Below are positions 6,537 to 13,823 of a stretch of DNA of 64,000 nucleotides, in pieces. The notes under the pieces were generated by a model, which was given only the letters and a program-made list of their open reading frames with translations, had not been told where the DNA came from and made no database searches. Every line of letters starts with the position of its first letter. Positions within the stretch are counted from its first letter, which is position 1. Source of the DNA: a virus; the IMG/VR virus record IMGVR_UViG_3300045988_011313, positions 33,768 to 97,767 of that record; one strand, written 5' to 3'. Position numbers and translations under genes: made by a program.

Positions 6537-6608
6537 CGGGACCTGTAAGACTCGAACTTACATCTAAGGGTTAACAGCCCCTTGTTCTAACCTTTGAACT
6601 AAAGACCC
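6537..6608 (-). tRNA. tRNA-Asn: tRNA-Asn(GTT)
   Basis: Anticodon arm AGGGG-CTGTTAA-CCCTT, T arm GTAAG-TTCGAGT-CTTAC. One acceptor mismatch. Confidence 0.8.
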
Positions 6609-6615
6609 ATTTATG

Positions 6616-6689
6616 TTGCTCCTATTAGAATTGAACTAATGACCTTTTCCTTGTAAGGGAACTATTCTAAACCACTGAACTAAGGAGCA
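6616..6689 (-). tRNA. tRNA-Val: tRNA-Val(TAC)
   Basis: Acceptor TGCTCCT/AGGAGCA, anticodon loop CTTACAA, T arm ATTAG-TTCAATT-CTAAT. Confidence 0.85.
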
Positions 6690-6775
6690 TTGATAGGGCA
6701 GTTTCTTTAACCTCTAACTGCCCAAAAGATGGTTCAAGCAAAAGCTCAACATTATGAAAACATGAAAACATAGTG

Positions 6776-6849
6776 TGGACCTTGTGAGATTTGAACTCCT
6801 CTAAAACATTGCAAATGTCTTGTGCTAACCTGATTACACTACAAAGCCC
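6776..6849 (-). tRNA. tRNA-Ala: tRNA-Ala(TGC) with G3-U70
   Basis: Acceptor GGGCTTT/AAGGTCC gives the G3-T70 wobble that marks Ala identity. Anticodon arm AGACA-TTTGCAA-TGTTT. The T stem is weak (3 bp). Confidence 0.75.
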
Positions 6850-6854
6850 ATTAG

Positions 6855-6927
6855 TATGGGTACTTGGACTTGAACCAAGGACAACTGGCTCCCAAAGCCA
6901 GCATTCTACCTACTGAATTACACCCAT
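6855..6927 (-). tRNA. tRNA-Pro: tRNA-Pro(TGG)
   Basis: Anticodon arm CTGGC-TTTGGGA-GCCAG, T arm CTTGG-TTCAAGT-CCAAG. Confidence 0.85.
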
Positions 6928-6933
6928 ATATTG

Positions 6934-7019
6934 CGGAGAGCATTGTACTCGAAACAAATACCTTATTAGGGTACTCACTATTTAGCAGATAGGACTATCA
7001 CCTTGATAGTTTACTCTCC
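6934..7019 (-). tRNA. tRNA-Ser: tRNA-Ser(GCT), long variable arm
   Basis: Acceptor GGAGAGT/GCTCTCC, anticodon loop CTGCTAA, long variable arm, T loop TTCGAGT. Confidence 0.8.
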
Positions 7020-7060
7020 ATACTTTCCTTCACCAATATGTCAAAGAACACCTATTATTG

Positions 7061-7145
7061 CGGAGAGATGAGGTCCCGACCCCCAAGCATTTTACTGCTC
7101 CCATTGTTTTCAAGACAAGTCCCAGTCCCACTGAGTTACCTCTCC
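7061..7145 (-). tRNA. tRNA-Ser: tRNA-Ser(TGA), long variable arm
   Basis: Acceptor GGAGAGG/TCTCTCC, anticodon loop CTTGAAA. The T loop GTCGGGA is unusual. Confidence 0.7.
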
Positions 7146-7199
7146 ATTGCCTACCTACCTCTGTAGGATAGGACTTCAGTAGATTAAAAGTGGATTAGC

Positions 7200-7270
7200 A
7201 GGATGTGGGAGAATTGAACTCCAATCTTCTGATTGACAGTCAGACACATTAACCACTATGCTACACACCC
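7200..7270 (-). tRNA. tRNA-Asp: tRNA-Asp(GTC)
   Basis: Acceptor GGGTGTG/CACATCC, anticodon arm TCTGA-CTGTCAA-TCAGA, T loop TTCAATT. Confidence 0.85.
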
Positions 7271-7277
7271 TAAGTTG

Positions 7278-7349
7278 TAGAGCTATTGGGAATTGAACCC
7301 AAGTTTCTGCCTTGAGAGAGCAGTTACCTATCCACTAGTAGATAGCTCT
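7278..7349 (-). tRNA. tRNA-Glu: tRNA-Glu(CTC)
   Basis: Acceptor AGAGCTA/TAGCTCT, anticodon arm CTGCT-CTCTCAA-GGCAG, T arm TTGGG-TTCAATT-CCCAA. Confidence 0.8.
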
Positions 7350-7355
7350 ATATTG

Positions 7356-7429
7356 TATTGGGTATGGGGCTTGAACCCATAATCTCCACATTGAAAGTGT
7401 GGTGACTTAACCACTTCGTCTAACCCAAC
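7356..7429 (-). tRNA. tRNA-Glu: tRNA-Glu(TTC)
   Basis: Anticodon arm CCACA-CTTTCAA-TGTGG, T arm ATGGG-TTCAAGC-CCCAT. Confidence 0.85.
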
Positions 7430-7435
7430 ATTTAG

Positions 7436-7507
7436 TACCCCCTGAGGGAATTGAACCCCCATTAAAGGCTTAGAAGGCCCTTGCATTATCCATTATACTA
7501 AGAGGGC
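7436..7507 (-). tRNA. tRNA-Arg: tRNA-Arg(TCT)
   Basis: Anticodon arm AGGGC-CTTCTAA-GCCTT, T arm GGGGG-TTCAATT-CCCTC. Confidence 0.85.
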
Positions 7508-7524
7508 ATTTACCTTTACTATTG

Positions 7525-7597
7525 TTACCCCAATAAGACTTGAACTTATGTTACAGGAGCCAAAATCCCGTGTAATAACCAACTATACTATGGGGCA
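7525..7597 (-). tRNA. tRNA-Gln: tRNA-Gln(TTG)
   Basis: Acceptor TGCCCCA/TGGGGTA, D arm GTAT-AGTTGGTTA-TTAC, anticodon arm CGGGA-TTTTGGC-TCCTG. This is the first gene of the array in the transcription direction. Confidence 0.85.
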
Positions 7598-7644
7598 ATA
7601 AAAAAGGAATGTTACTCTAAACAACTGGTTAAAGTAACATTCCT
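7598..7644 (-). terminator. intrinsic-terminator-like hairpin (12-bp stem plus U tract) between the promoter and the tRNA array
   Basis: AGGAATGTTACT (7605-7616) pairs perfectly with AGTAACATTCCT (7633-7644). On the minus strand the stem is followed by TTTTTAT, immediately before tRNA-Gln. Confidence 0.55.
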
Positions 7645-7691
7645 AGCAATGGAAATTTCCTAAAACCAATCTCTCTTTCTTAATTGCTCTG

Positions 7692-7723
7692 CAAAGGTAA
7701 GCAAAATATTTGAAACCACCAAA
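7692..7723 (-). promoter_or_regulatory. Bacteroidota-type promoter (TTTG-N20-TAccTTTGCA) for the tRNA array
   Basis: Minus strand reads gTTTGgtggtttcaaatattttgctTAccTTTGCAgag. The spacing is exactly 20 nt. Confidence 0.6.
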
Positions 7724-7811
7724 CTTTTTCCCAATTATTTTTAATTCAAGCATCATTTTCTTGTCATGAAGGAGTAAAGTTGTGCTTTGGTTTAGGTCTA
7801 ATCTATATTCT

Positions 7812-8213
7812 TTAAGTAATTCCTACTAACTTGTTAGCCCAAGATTCAGTATAAAAACTGTAGTAGTTCCACTTAATTCCTATCTTACTACATAGATAAT
7901 GCACTATGTTATGTAGTAATGATGGGATTCCTATTACTATCAAATATAGTGGACCTAATATATCAGATTGCTTACTATGACCACATTCATGTTGGATAGA
8001 CTCTTGTAATGACATAGGATTCACAAAGAGGTAATCTCCTAATGACATAGCTGAAGGTAGAGCAATATTTACTATAATAGTATTACCATCTGCCTTACCT
8101 TCTCTGTATGCAGCTTGGCACAATATACCCTCTATACATAAAGCAAGTATATTCTGTGGAAATTGCCACAGCCACTTAATAGAATCCTTAAAGTAATTAC
8201 TTATCTTCTTCAT
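7812..8213 (-). CDS. HExxH-motif protein (putative small membrane-associated metallopeptidase)
   Basis: IQHECGHSKQS contains HExxH. A hydrophobic segment LYLIVIGIPSLL follows. 133 aa. Confidence 0.45.
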   Translation of the reverse strand: MKKISNYFKDSIKWLWQFPQNILALCIEGILCQAAYREGKADGNTIIVNIALPSAMSLGDYLFVNPMSLQESIQHECGHSKQSDILGPLYLIVIGIPSLLHNIVHYLCSKIGIKWNYYSFYTESWANKLVGIT

Positions 8214-8510
8214 TCTTGTATACAGTAATATCCCTGAAGCTTTGTTATGGCTTCATAAGAGTTATTTTTAATCTCCTTTTAACTACTAACTTCATTAGAC
8301 CAGTTCTTGATTATACCCCTATAGCATGATTCCCTGTGCATTTTCTCAGGTGGATGTGCTCATGCAATCTAATTTATATAGTAGCAATTTTAGTAGTATT
8401 GGGGACAACCTCCTCTCTATGTAAGGTGAGAGTACTAACCCAACTTCTAACCCATTACTTTTTAACCTCATGGGTGAAAGGTTAATCCACCATTAACCTC
8501 TACTGGGGTG

Positions 8511-8542
8511 CAAAGGTAAGTAAAAATTTTGATATATGCAAA
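8511..8542 (-). promoter_or_regulatory. Bacteroidota-type promoter (TTTG-N20-TAccTTTGCA), about 290 nt upstream of the 8213 start
   Basis: Minus strand reads tTTGCATATatcaaaatttttactTAccTTTGCAcc. It shares the TTGCATAT...TAYCTTTGCAC pattern with the promoters at 4367 and 44512. Confidence 0.55.
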
Positions 8543-8652
8543 TATATAAATAAAAAATTTATTGCATAAAAAATAATTTTTTTTTTTTAATTTTTTTTTT
8601 CTATTGTATTTTTAGGAGTGGTACTTACACCAACCACACCCTCCCCATCACT

Positions 8653-8683
8653 TAGCCCAAGGGGGTCCTACCCCCGTAGGCTA
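8653..8683 (+). other. GC-rich stem-loop in the 5' region of the first plus-strand gene
   Basis: TAGCC-caa-GGGGG-tccta-CCCCC-gta-GGCTA. It stands out in AT-rich context. No U tract follows on either strand. It lies 37 nt upstream of the ATG at 8720. Confidence 0.5.
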
Positions 8684-8719
8684 AAATTAACATTATTAAC
8701 AATTTAACATTTTATCATT

Positions 8720-8977
8720 ATGGGAAATCTAACTTTCAATGACACTCTGACAGTAGAGCAGTTCAAGGCACAAATGAATGTATCACGCATTGATGTGAAG
8801 AAGAATCCTAAGACAGGCAAGCTCTTCTTCACCTATGGTGCAAAGACAGGAGCAGTTGCAGTCAAGGGTATTCCAGCACATCCTATGCTGAGCAATGTCA
8901 CTGGCTCTGATGGTAGCTCATTCTGGTTGCTCCATGAGGAGGGACAGGGTGGTGCCCCTGTATTGGCAAGCTTCTAA
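8720..8977 (+). CDS. hypothetical small protein (85 aa), monocistronic
   Basis: ORF track. Noticeably more GC-rich than its neighbours. It is immediately followed by an intrinsic terminator. Confidence 0.65.
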   Translation: MGNLTFNDTLTVEQFKAQMNVSRIDVKKNPKTGKLFFTYGAKTGAVAVKGIPAHPMLSNVTGSDGSSFWLLHEEGQGGAPVLASF

Positions 8978-8984
8978 GCAGGAA

Positions 8985-9016
8985 GGCAACAGGCAGGAAT
9001 GCCTGTTTGCCTTTTC
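8985..9016 (+). terminator. rho-independent terminator
   Basis: GGCAACAGGC-aggaat-GCCTGTTTGCC followed by TTTTC. Confidence 0.7.
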
Positions 9017-9056
9017 ATTTCCTCTGAGCATTAATAGTATTTAAGATAATTTAAGG

Positions 9057-9302
9057 ATGAAAGAAGAATTAGATATGCTCTTTCTATTGGAGCATTTCAG
9101 TCTTAAAGATTTAGTAAAGGCTGAAGAAGAGTATGTTAATTATGAATATGCTAACACCGACAATATTGTTGAGTGTTATTCTGATGTAGAAGAGTATATA
9201 AATGATGAATGTACAGAAACTATTACAACAAGAGAGTATTCAACCTCTATTTATACTAGTTGGATGAATCTTTCATTTGAATCTTTAATATTCAATGATT
9301 AG
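9057..9302 (+). CDS. hypothetical acidic protein (81 aa)
   Basis: ORF track. Glu/Tyr-rich. Confidence 0.45.
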   Translation: MKEELDMLFLLEHFSLKDLVKAEEEYVNYEYANTDNIVECYSDVEEYINDECTETITTREYSTSIYTSWMNLSFESLIFND

Positions 9303-9903
9303 AGGAAACTCTATTTACATCTCTTCCTGACAAGAGGATTAGAGAGGTAAGTAGAGTGTTTAGGAGTTCAGTGCATTGAGTAAGTAGGATAGGATAATAG
9401 AGTGTGGAATACACTTTATGTCCTATCTTCCTTGTTTTGTATTGAATGTAACTTGTTGATTTATTGAGAGTTAATAGTATGGATTGACATATTGTCAGAT
9501 GTGTGACATTATATCACTACCTCACAATTATTACCTCATTACAATCAGCAACAAAGAACAATCATCCAATAATGTATGACTGTTTTTACTGTTACAGTGA
9601 TAATACAAAACTACACTCCAACAAACAAACAATTGAACAAACACATATTAATTGTTGTTAAAATGTCTTCAATTAGTACCAATAATATTGAGAGGTGCTA
9701 CTGAAATTGGGTGCAGATGTGAAGAATAGTACGCTATTACAGGACTGTGGTGAGAGTGATATTAATTACTCAATAAACTTAGTGATGATAAAAAGGACAG
9801 AATCAACATAAAATTGCACAGAGAGTAAGAAGGTTTAGAAACTAAATATATTAGGTCAGAATTAAGACATATAAAAGGCAACAACTAATATTATATGATT
9901 TAG

Positions 9904-9972
9904 GAGGTATTAGTACAATGTTAGTACATAACTTATTGCAGTTATATGGTAGTTCAAGTCTATCATACCTCC
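9904..9972 (+). ncRNA. tRNA-like element with a non-canonical anticodon loop
   Basis: Acceptor GAGGTAT/ATACCTC (7 bp), D arm GTAC-AATGTTA-GTAC, T arm GGTAG-TTCAAGT-CTATC. The middle arm folds either as ATAACT-TATTGC-AGTTAT (6-nt loop) or as a 5-bp stem with an 8-nt loop. Total length is only 69 nt. Confidence 0.45.
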
Positions 9973-10002
9973 CTTTTTATCAACTTATAAACAAACAATC
10001 AA

Positions 10003-10326
10003 ATGAGCAAACAAGCATCTTACAATGGCATACTTTATCAGATAGAGTATCAGCCACAACTGTCAAACAATGATTACACACAACACAAAGTGTATCATAT
10101 CAAGACAGAAGAAGAGAATTATGGCAAATCAAGAAAAGCTATTGCATCCATCATGGAAGATGAGCTTGGTTACACACAAGGATATTTATGGTCTGCGGGT
10201 GAATATCATATAAAGAATACACAGCAGCCATCTATAATTAATGGTTTGCATCCATACTATAAATTCACCTATGATGAGGACTTGGATGTATATGTATTTA
10301 CACTTGTTATACCTTATGATGATTGA
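10003..10326 (+). CDS. hypothetical protein (107 aa)
   Basis: ORF track. A/C-rich leader aaacaaacaatcaaATG. First gene of a tightly packed run of small genes. Confidence 0.6.
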   Translation: MSKQASYNGILYQIEYQPQLSNNDYTQHKVYHIKTEEENYGKSRKAIASIMEDELGYTQGYLWSAGEYHIKNTQQPSIINGLHPYYKFTYDEDLDVYVFTLVIPYDD

Positions 10327-10514
10327 GTATGAGCAGTGTTAGAGGAATAAAGAAAGTCTTGAAGAATAGTAAAGGCTTTTGCACTATAGTAGGTAAAAAT
10401 GGTATGTGTGCTTGCATTTCAGAGTGGAATACTATAAAGTATCACAAACATGGAGTATCTGTTAGTGATTCAGTATATGTACCATATAAACTTATCAAAG
10501 GAATAGGATTATGA
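10323..10514 (+). CDS. hypothetical protein (63 aa)
   Basis: ORF track. 4-nt overlaps on both sides suggest translational coupling. Confidence 0.5.
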   Translation: MSMSSVRGIKKVLKNSKGFCTIVGKNGMCACISEWNTIKYHKHGVSVSDSVYVPYKLIKGIGL

Positions 10515-10702
10515 CCACAAACAAACAGAAAGCTGCTGTTCACTTTTGTGAGCAGTGGCTTAATGTCACCTTCAGTGGTGATATTAACAATTTCCAACAG
10601 GTAAGTAATTTTCTCTCAGAGTATTTAGAGGAAGCCAAACTGACTTATAGTGAAATTGCATGTGAGTATGAATCATATTTATGGGACTTAATGATGGACT
10701 AA
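10511..10702 (+). CDS. hypothetical protein (63 aa)
   Basis: ORF track. 4-nt overlap with the upstream gene. Confidence 0.5.
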   Translation: MTTNKQKAAVHFCEQWLNVTFSGDINNFQQVSNFLSEYLEEAKLTYSEIACEYESYLWDLMMD

Positions 10703-10705
10703 GTT

Positions 10706-10942
10706 ATGGCAAGATATAGAATAAACCCAAATGCTATATGTAGTTCAGAGAACTACAAGCAATCAAAGAAATTACACATGGATATGTTGAAGAGAAATCA
10801 TAAAGTATTCATAGAAATGGTAATAAAGGAAAGAATAGTTATCAAGAAACAGGCATACATCAAAGTATTTGGTAACTTGATAGCTATTACTCCAAGTGAA
10901 GTAGCAAGATTTAAAAAGGAGATGACTATAATATGGAAGTAA
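10706..10942 (+). CDS. hypothetical protein (78 aa)
   Basis: ORF track. 3-nt gap to the upstream gene. Confidence 0.5.
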   Translation: MARYRINPNAICSSENYKQSKKLHMDMLKRNHKVFIEMVIKERIVIKKQAYIKVFGNLIAITPSEVARFKKEMTIIWK

Positions 10943-11005
10943 TACTATTCATAGTGGCTTTGGTATTCCATGCCATAGTTCTTTACATCATATTTAGTTG
11001 CTTCA

Positions 11006-11236
11006 ATGACAATTAGAGAGTTATATATCTTTGCTCAATCTCATGCTCTTCTTGACAAGAGTGTGGGATTGGTCATTGATGAATATATAAAGCACATCTC
11101 TGTGCATAATGATACCTTAGCTCATAGCAGCATTATGAATAATCAAGGCAATGAATCTGTGAGTAAGTCTAACATAGACTATAAGAATAAGGTAGAGTTT
11201 AGTACAGAAGATGTGCTTGAGTTATTTTCAACTTAA
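11006..11236 (+). CDS. hypothetical protein (76 aa)
   Basis: ORF track. Confidence 0.5.
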   Translation: MTIRELYIFAQSHALLDKSVGLVIDEYIKHISVHNDTLAHSSIMNNQGNESVSKSNIDYKNKVEFSTEDVLELFST

Positions 11237-11253
11237 CAAACAATTAAACAAAA

Positions 11254-11490
11254 ATGAACAAATTTAAGCTTATACTCAAAGGCATATTGTTATGGACAAC
11301 AGCCTTTGTGACTATACTCTTTGTAGCAGGAGTAGATAGCATCTATGACAATGGATATTTCTTTCTGACTACAATTGTTGCAGTAATGGTACTCTGTTGC
11401 TACAAGCTAATCTCAGAGGAAGAGTTTGAAGTATTGTCTTTGTACATATGGTTTAACAAAATAATAGGAGAAGAATCATGCGGACAGTAG
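11254..11490 (+). CDS. hypothetical membrane protein (78 aa, two hydrophobic helices)
   Basis: Hydrophobic helices ILLWTTAFVTILFVAGV and FFLTTIVAVMVLCCY. Confidence 0.55.
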   Translation: MNKFKLILKGILLWTTAFVTILFVAGVDSIYDNGYFFLTTIVAVMVLCCYKLISEEEFEVLSLYIWFNKIIGEESCGQ

Positions 11491-12242
11491 CTGTAATTTT
11501 CACAGATAGGAGAATACCTCTTAGTGAGGTATCTTCCTACAAAAAGTACAAATTCTTGTGCAACTATGATATTATATCATCACTTGATATGATAGAAGAC
11601 CCAAGATACAATAGTAAGATGATGGTAGTAGGGTTTACTTGTGATACTGATAGAGTTCAACAAGGAATAACACTGAAAGACATCTACATTACCAAGGTAA
11701 ATGGACAAGTTATTATCCAGCCTGCTGGATTGGTTAATGGTAGCTTGGTAGGAAGTGATTTTGACATTGACAAACAAAGAACAAATAACATGGAAGAGAA
11801 AAGAAACATCAAGGTAACACTTGAACAGGCAATGGAGTGGTATAATAGTGGTAATAGTACATTGCGTACATTAGCACTGAGTGCATATACTGAGGATGAA
11901 TTGAAGTTCAACTTCAAATACATCAGCAGTAAAGTATGCAGTACAATAGGCTTCTGTGCCAATGTCCCTGCTGGTGAAGCAGAGAAGTATAATACACTTG
12001 CAGACTTGGCAATCCTTGCTAAGTTCTTCAATTGCTATTGGAGAAAAACTACAAGCAATACAGGATATTTCCTTGGCAAGTATAACAGAGGCAATGGTCC
12101 TGTAGTTGATGTTTGCAATGGTGTTGGTGTGTATGAGCACAATACTGTACAGTATGCAGGTGTTGTATACTTCAAAAATCAAAAAGATGCAATCAAAGCA
12201 GTCAAGATTCTTGGTGATAGAGTGAAAAACTTATTTGATTAG
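11478..12242 (+). CDS. hypothetical protein (254 aa)
   Basis: ORF track. Three antisense ORFs inside it are judged spurious. Confidence 0.65.
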   Translation: MRTVAVIFTDRRIPLSEVSSYKKYKFLCNYDIISSLDMIEDPRYNSKMMVVGFTCDTDRVQQGITLKDIYITKVNGQVIIQPAGLVNGSLVGSDFDIDKQRTNNMEEKRNIKVTLEQAMEWYNSGNSTLRTLALSAYTEDELKFNFKYISSKVCSTIGFCANVPAGEAEKYNTLADLAILAKFFNCYWRKTTSNTGYFLGKYNRGNGPVVDVCNGVGVYEHNTVQYAGVVYFKNQKDAIKAVKILGDRVKNLFD

Positions 12243-12358
12243 AACATTAAATTGTATGATTATGGAGATTCCAGAAATTCCAGAAATTTGGTATAGTTAG
12301 GAGAACCAAAGCATTTAATAGAGGCTCATGGTTGTTATTACACACAAAGTGGGTTTTA

Positions 12359-12407
12359 GATTGGACGGATGATTTAAGAGATTTCTGTAATAATTATTCG
12401 TCCAATC
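12359..12407. repeat. 9-bp perfect inverted repeat with a 31-nt spacer
   Basis: GATTGGACG (12359-12367) and CGTCCAATC (12399-12407). Located in the non-coding stretch that opens the CpG-rich islet. Confidence 0.6.
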
Positions 12408-12438
12408 ATTATACTTACAATATTTATTTAATAGAGCA

Positions 12439-12585
12439 ATGAATGTAGATAAAGCAAAGAGAAACATCAGAAAAGTATATAAAGATATTCAGACAGAATC
12501 TGCTTATGGTAGCACGGTTAGTGTTAGCAAGATGAATGAATGGGCAGAAATACTTGATGATGCCATTGCATTCTTAGGAGACTGA
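12439..12585 (+). CDS. hypothetical small protein (48 aa)
   Basis: Hand translation gives MNVDKAKRNIRKVYKDIQTESAYGSTVSVSKMNEWAEILDDAIAFLGD*. The next ORF starts 3 nt later. Below the ORF-track cutoff. Confidence 0.45.
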   Translation: MNVDKAKRNIRKVYKDIQTESAYGSTVSVSKMNEWAEILDDAIAFLGD

Positions 12586-12588
12586 CTT

Positions 12589-12759
12589 ATGAATAAAATG
12601 TATCAGATAGACCAAGACCTCAAAGACAAGCTAGTCAAGTACTTCTCAACCATCGAGGAAATGGCAGATGAACTGACTACTGGTAATGTGGCTCACAAGA
12701 AAACAGCCATCAAGGGGTTTGCTGGTAGAGCAAAGGAATATCTAATTAAGCATACATAA
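12589..12759 (+). CDS. hypothetical small protein (56 aa)
   Basis: Hand translation gives MNKMYQIDQDLKDKLVKYFSTIEEMADELTTGNVAHKKTAIKGFAGRAKEYLIKHT*. 1-nt gap to the next ORF. Confidence 0.45.
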   Translation: MNKMYQIDQDLKDKLVKYFSTIEEMADELTTGNVAHKKTAIKGFAGRAKEYLIKHT

Positions 12760-12760
12760 T

Positions 12761-12898
12761 ATGAGTAAATGGATAGGAAAATGGAAGAAATCTCGTCAAC
12801 CCTATGGATGGACTGGAATACTTTATTGGAATAACATCCCAATAACACGTATGTATGAATCTGAATTTGATTTATTAATGAATAAACCAACAAAATGA
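12761..12898 (+). CDS. hypothetical small protein (45 aa)
   Basis: Hand translation gives MSKWIGKWKKSRQPYGWTGILYWNNIPITRMYESEFDLLMNKPTK*. It fits the head-to-tail packing leading to 12905. Confidence 0.4.
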   Translation: MSKWIGKWKKSRQPYGWTGILYWNNIPITRMYESEFDLLMNKPTK

Positions 12899-12904
12899 TT
12901 AACT

Positions 12905-13210
12905 ATGGATAAGAAGAAAGTTGAAGAGCTGATAAAAGAAGCAAAACATTTAGCAATTTTACGCAAATATGAAAATAGACAAGCATATTTGAATAATTGC
13001 ATTCGTTGTTTGAAAGAAGCTTTGGAAGAACTCTCCAAGTCTGACTGGATTTCTGTAGAGGATGAACCTGCACCAAGACTTGAATGGGACGGCTCTTGGA
13101 ATGATATTGTTGTGTGCTACAAAGATAAATGGGTACTTCCTTTATCTTACGTTGTACGCAATGATGTAGAGTTCACACATTGGCGTAGAATCGAAAAGTT
13201 GGAGGAGTAA
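12905..13210 (+). CDS. hypothetical protein (101 aa)
   Basis: ORF track. CpG-containing codons are unlike those in the core genes. Confidence 0.6.
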   Translation: MDKKKVEELIKEAKHLAILRKYENRQAYLNNCIRCLKEALEELSKSDWISVEDEPAPRLEWDGSWNDIVVCYKDKWVLPLSYVVRNDVEFTHWRRIEKLEE

Positions 13211-13212
13211 GT

Positions 13213-13440
13213 ATGAAGGCATTAAAAAGATTAGTATATGTGCTACTTATGTATTCAACATGTATCATAACTCCATTTATAGATATAATATTTATACTTA
13301 TACCAATTAAGTGGATAATAACTGGGAGTGTTTTACGACAGAAAGTAACTAAAGGGAAGAAAACATTCTATGTTTATACCATAACGGAAGTGGCATATTA
13401 TAGTATGGATAAGTATTTAACTAAATTATTAAAGCTATGA
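13213..13440 (+). CDS. hypothetical membrane protein (75 aa)
   Basis: Hydrophobic N-terminal half, LVYVLLMYSTCIITPFIDIIFILIPIKWII. Confidence 0.5.
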   Translation: MKALKRLVYVLLMYSTCIITPFIDIIFILIPIKWIITGSVLRQKVTKGKKTFYVYTITEVAYYSMDKYLTKLLKL

Positions 13441-13823
13441 ATAGAGAACAAGCAAAACAGCTATTGCCTATTATTCAAGCATTTGCAGAAGGTAAAACAA
13501 TACAATATCGTCACGGAGATGTAGATTGGGTAGATGTTGCTCCTTATAGTGTTCTTGATTTTAATGATGATACTTCAAAATATCGTATTAAACCAGAATC
13601 AAAATACCGTCCTTTTGCAAATGCAGAAGAGTGCTGGCAGGAAATGCAAAAACATCAACCATTTGGGTGGTTGAAGATAGATGATTGGTATTGCACAATA
13701 AAAGAAATTAGACCTACATGTACTTTTTGTCATGGTGGTGGGGATGTATTCTATTATGCAGATATGGTAAAGAAAATAAACTTTGCTGATGGCACTCCAT
13801 TTGGTATTAAAGAGGAGGAATAG
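13437..13823 (+). CDS. hypothetical protein (128 aa)
   Basis: ORF track. 4-nt overlap with the upstream gene. Confidence 0.6.
   Translation: MNREQAKQLLPIIQAFAEGKTIQYRHGDVDWVDVAPYSVLDFNDDTSKYRIKPESKYRPFANAEECWQEMQKHQPFGWLKIDDWYCTIKEIRPTCTFCHGGGDVFYYADMVKKINFADGTPFGIKEEE

Noticed and set aside
8346-8471. 41-codon minus-strand ORF (MRLKSNGLEVGLVLSPYIERRLSPILLKLLLYKLDCMSTST) in the long leader.
   Set aside because: The sequence is low-complexity and Leu-rich, with no coupling to neighbouring genes. It is kept only as a note under the leader-region finding.
12693-13038. Minus-strand ORFs 12693-12893 and 12823-13038.
   Set aside because: They lie opposite a head-to-tail series of plus-strand ORFs (12589-13210) separated by gaps of 1-6 nt. 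The antisense products are low-complexity.
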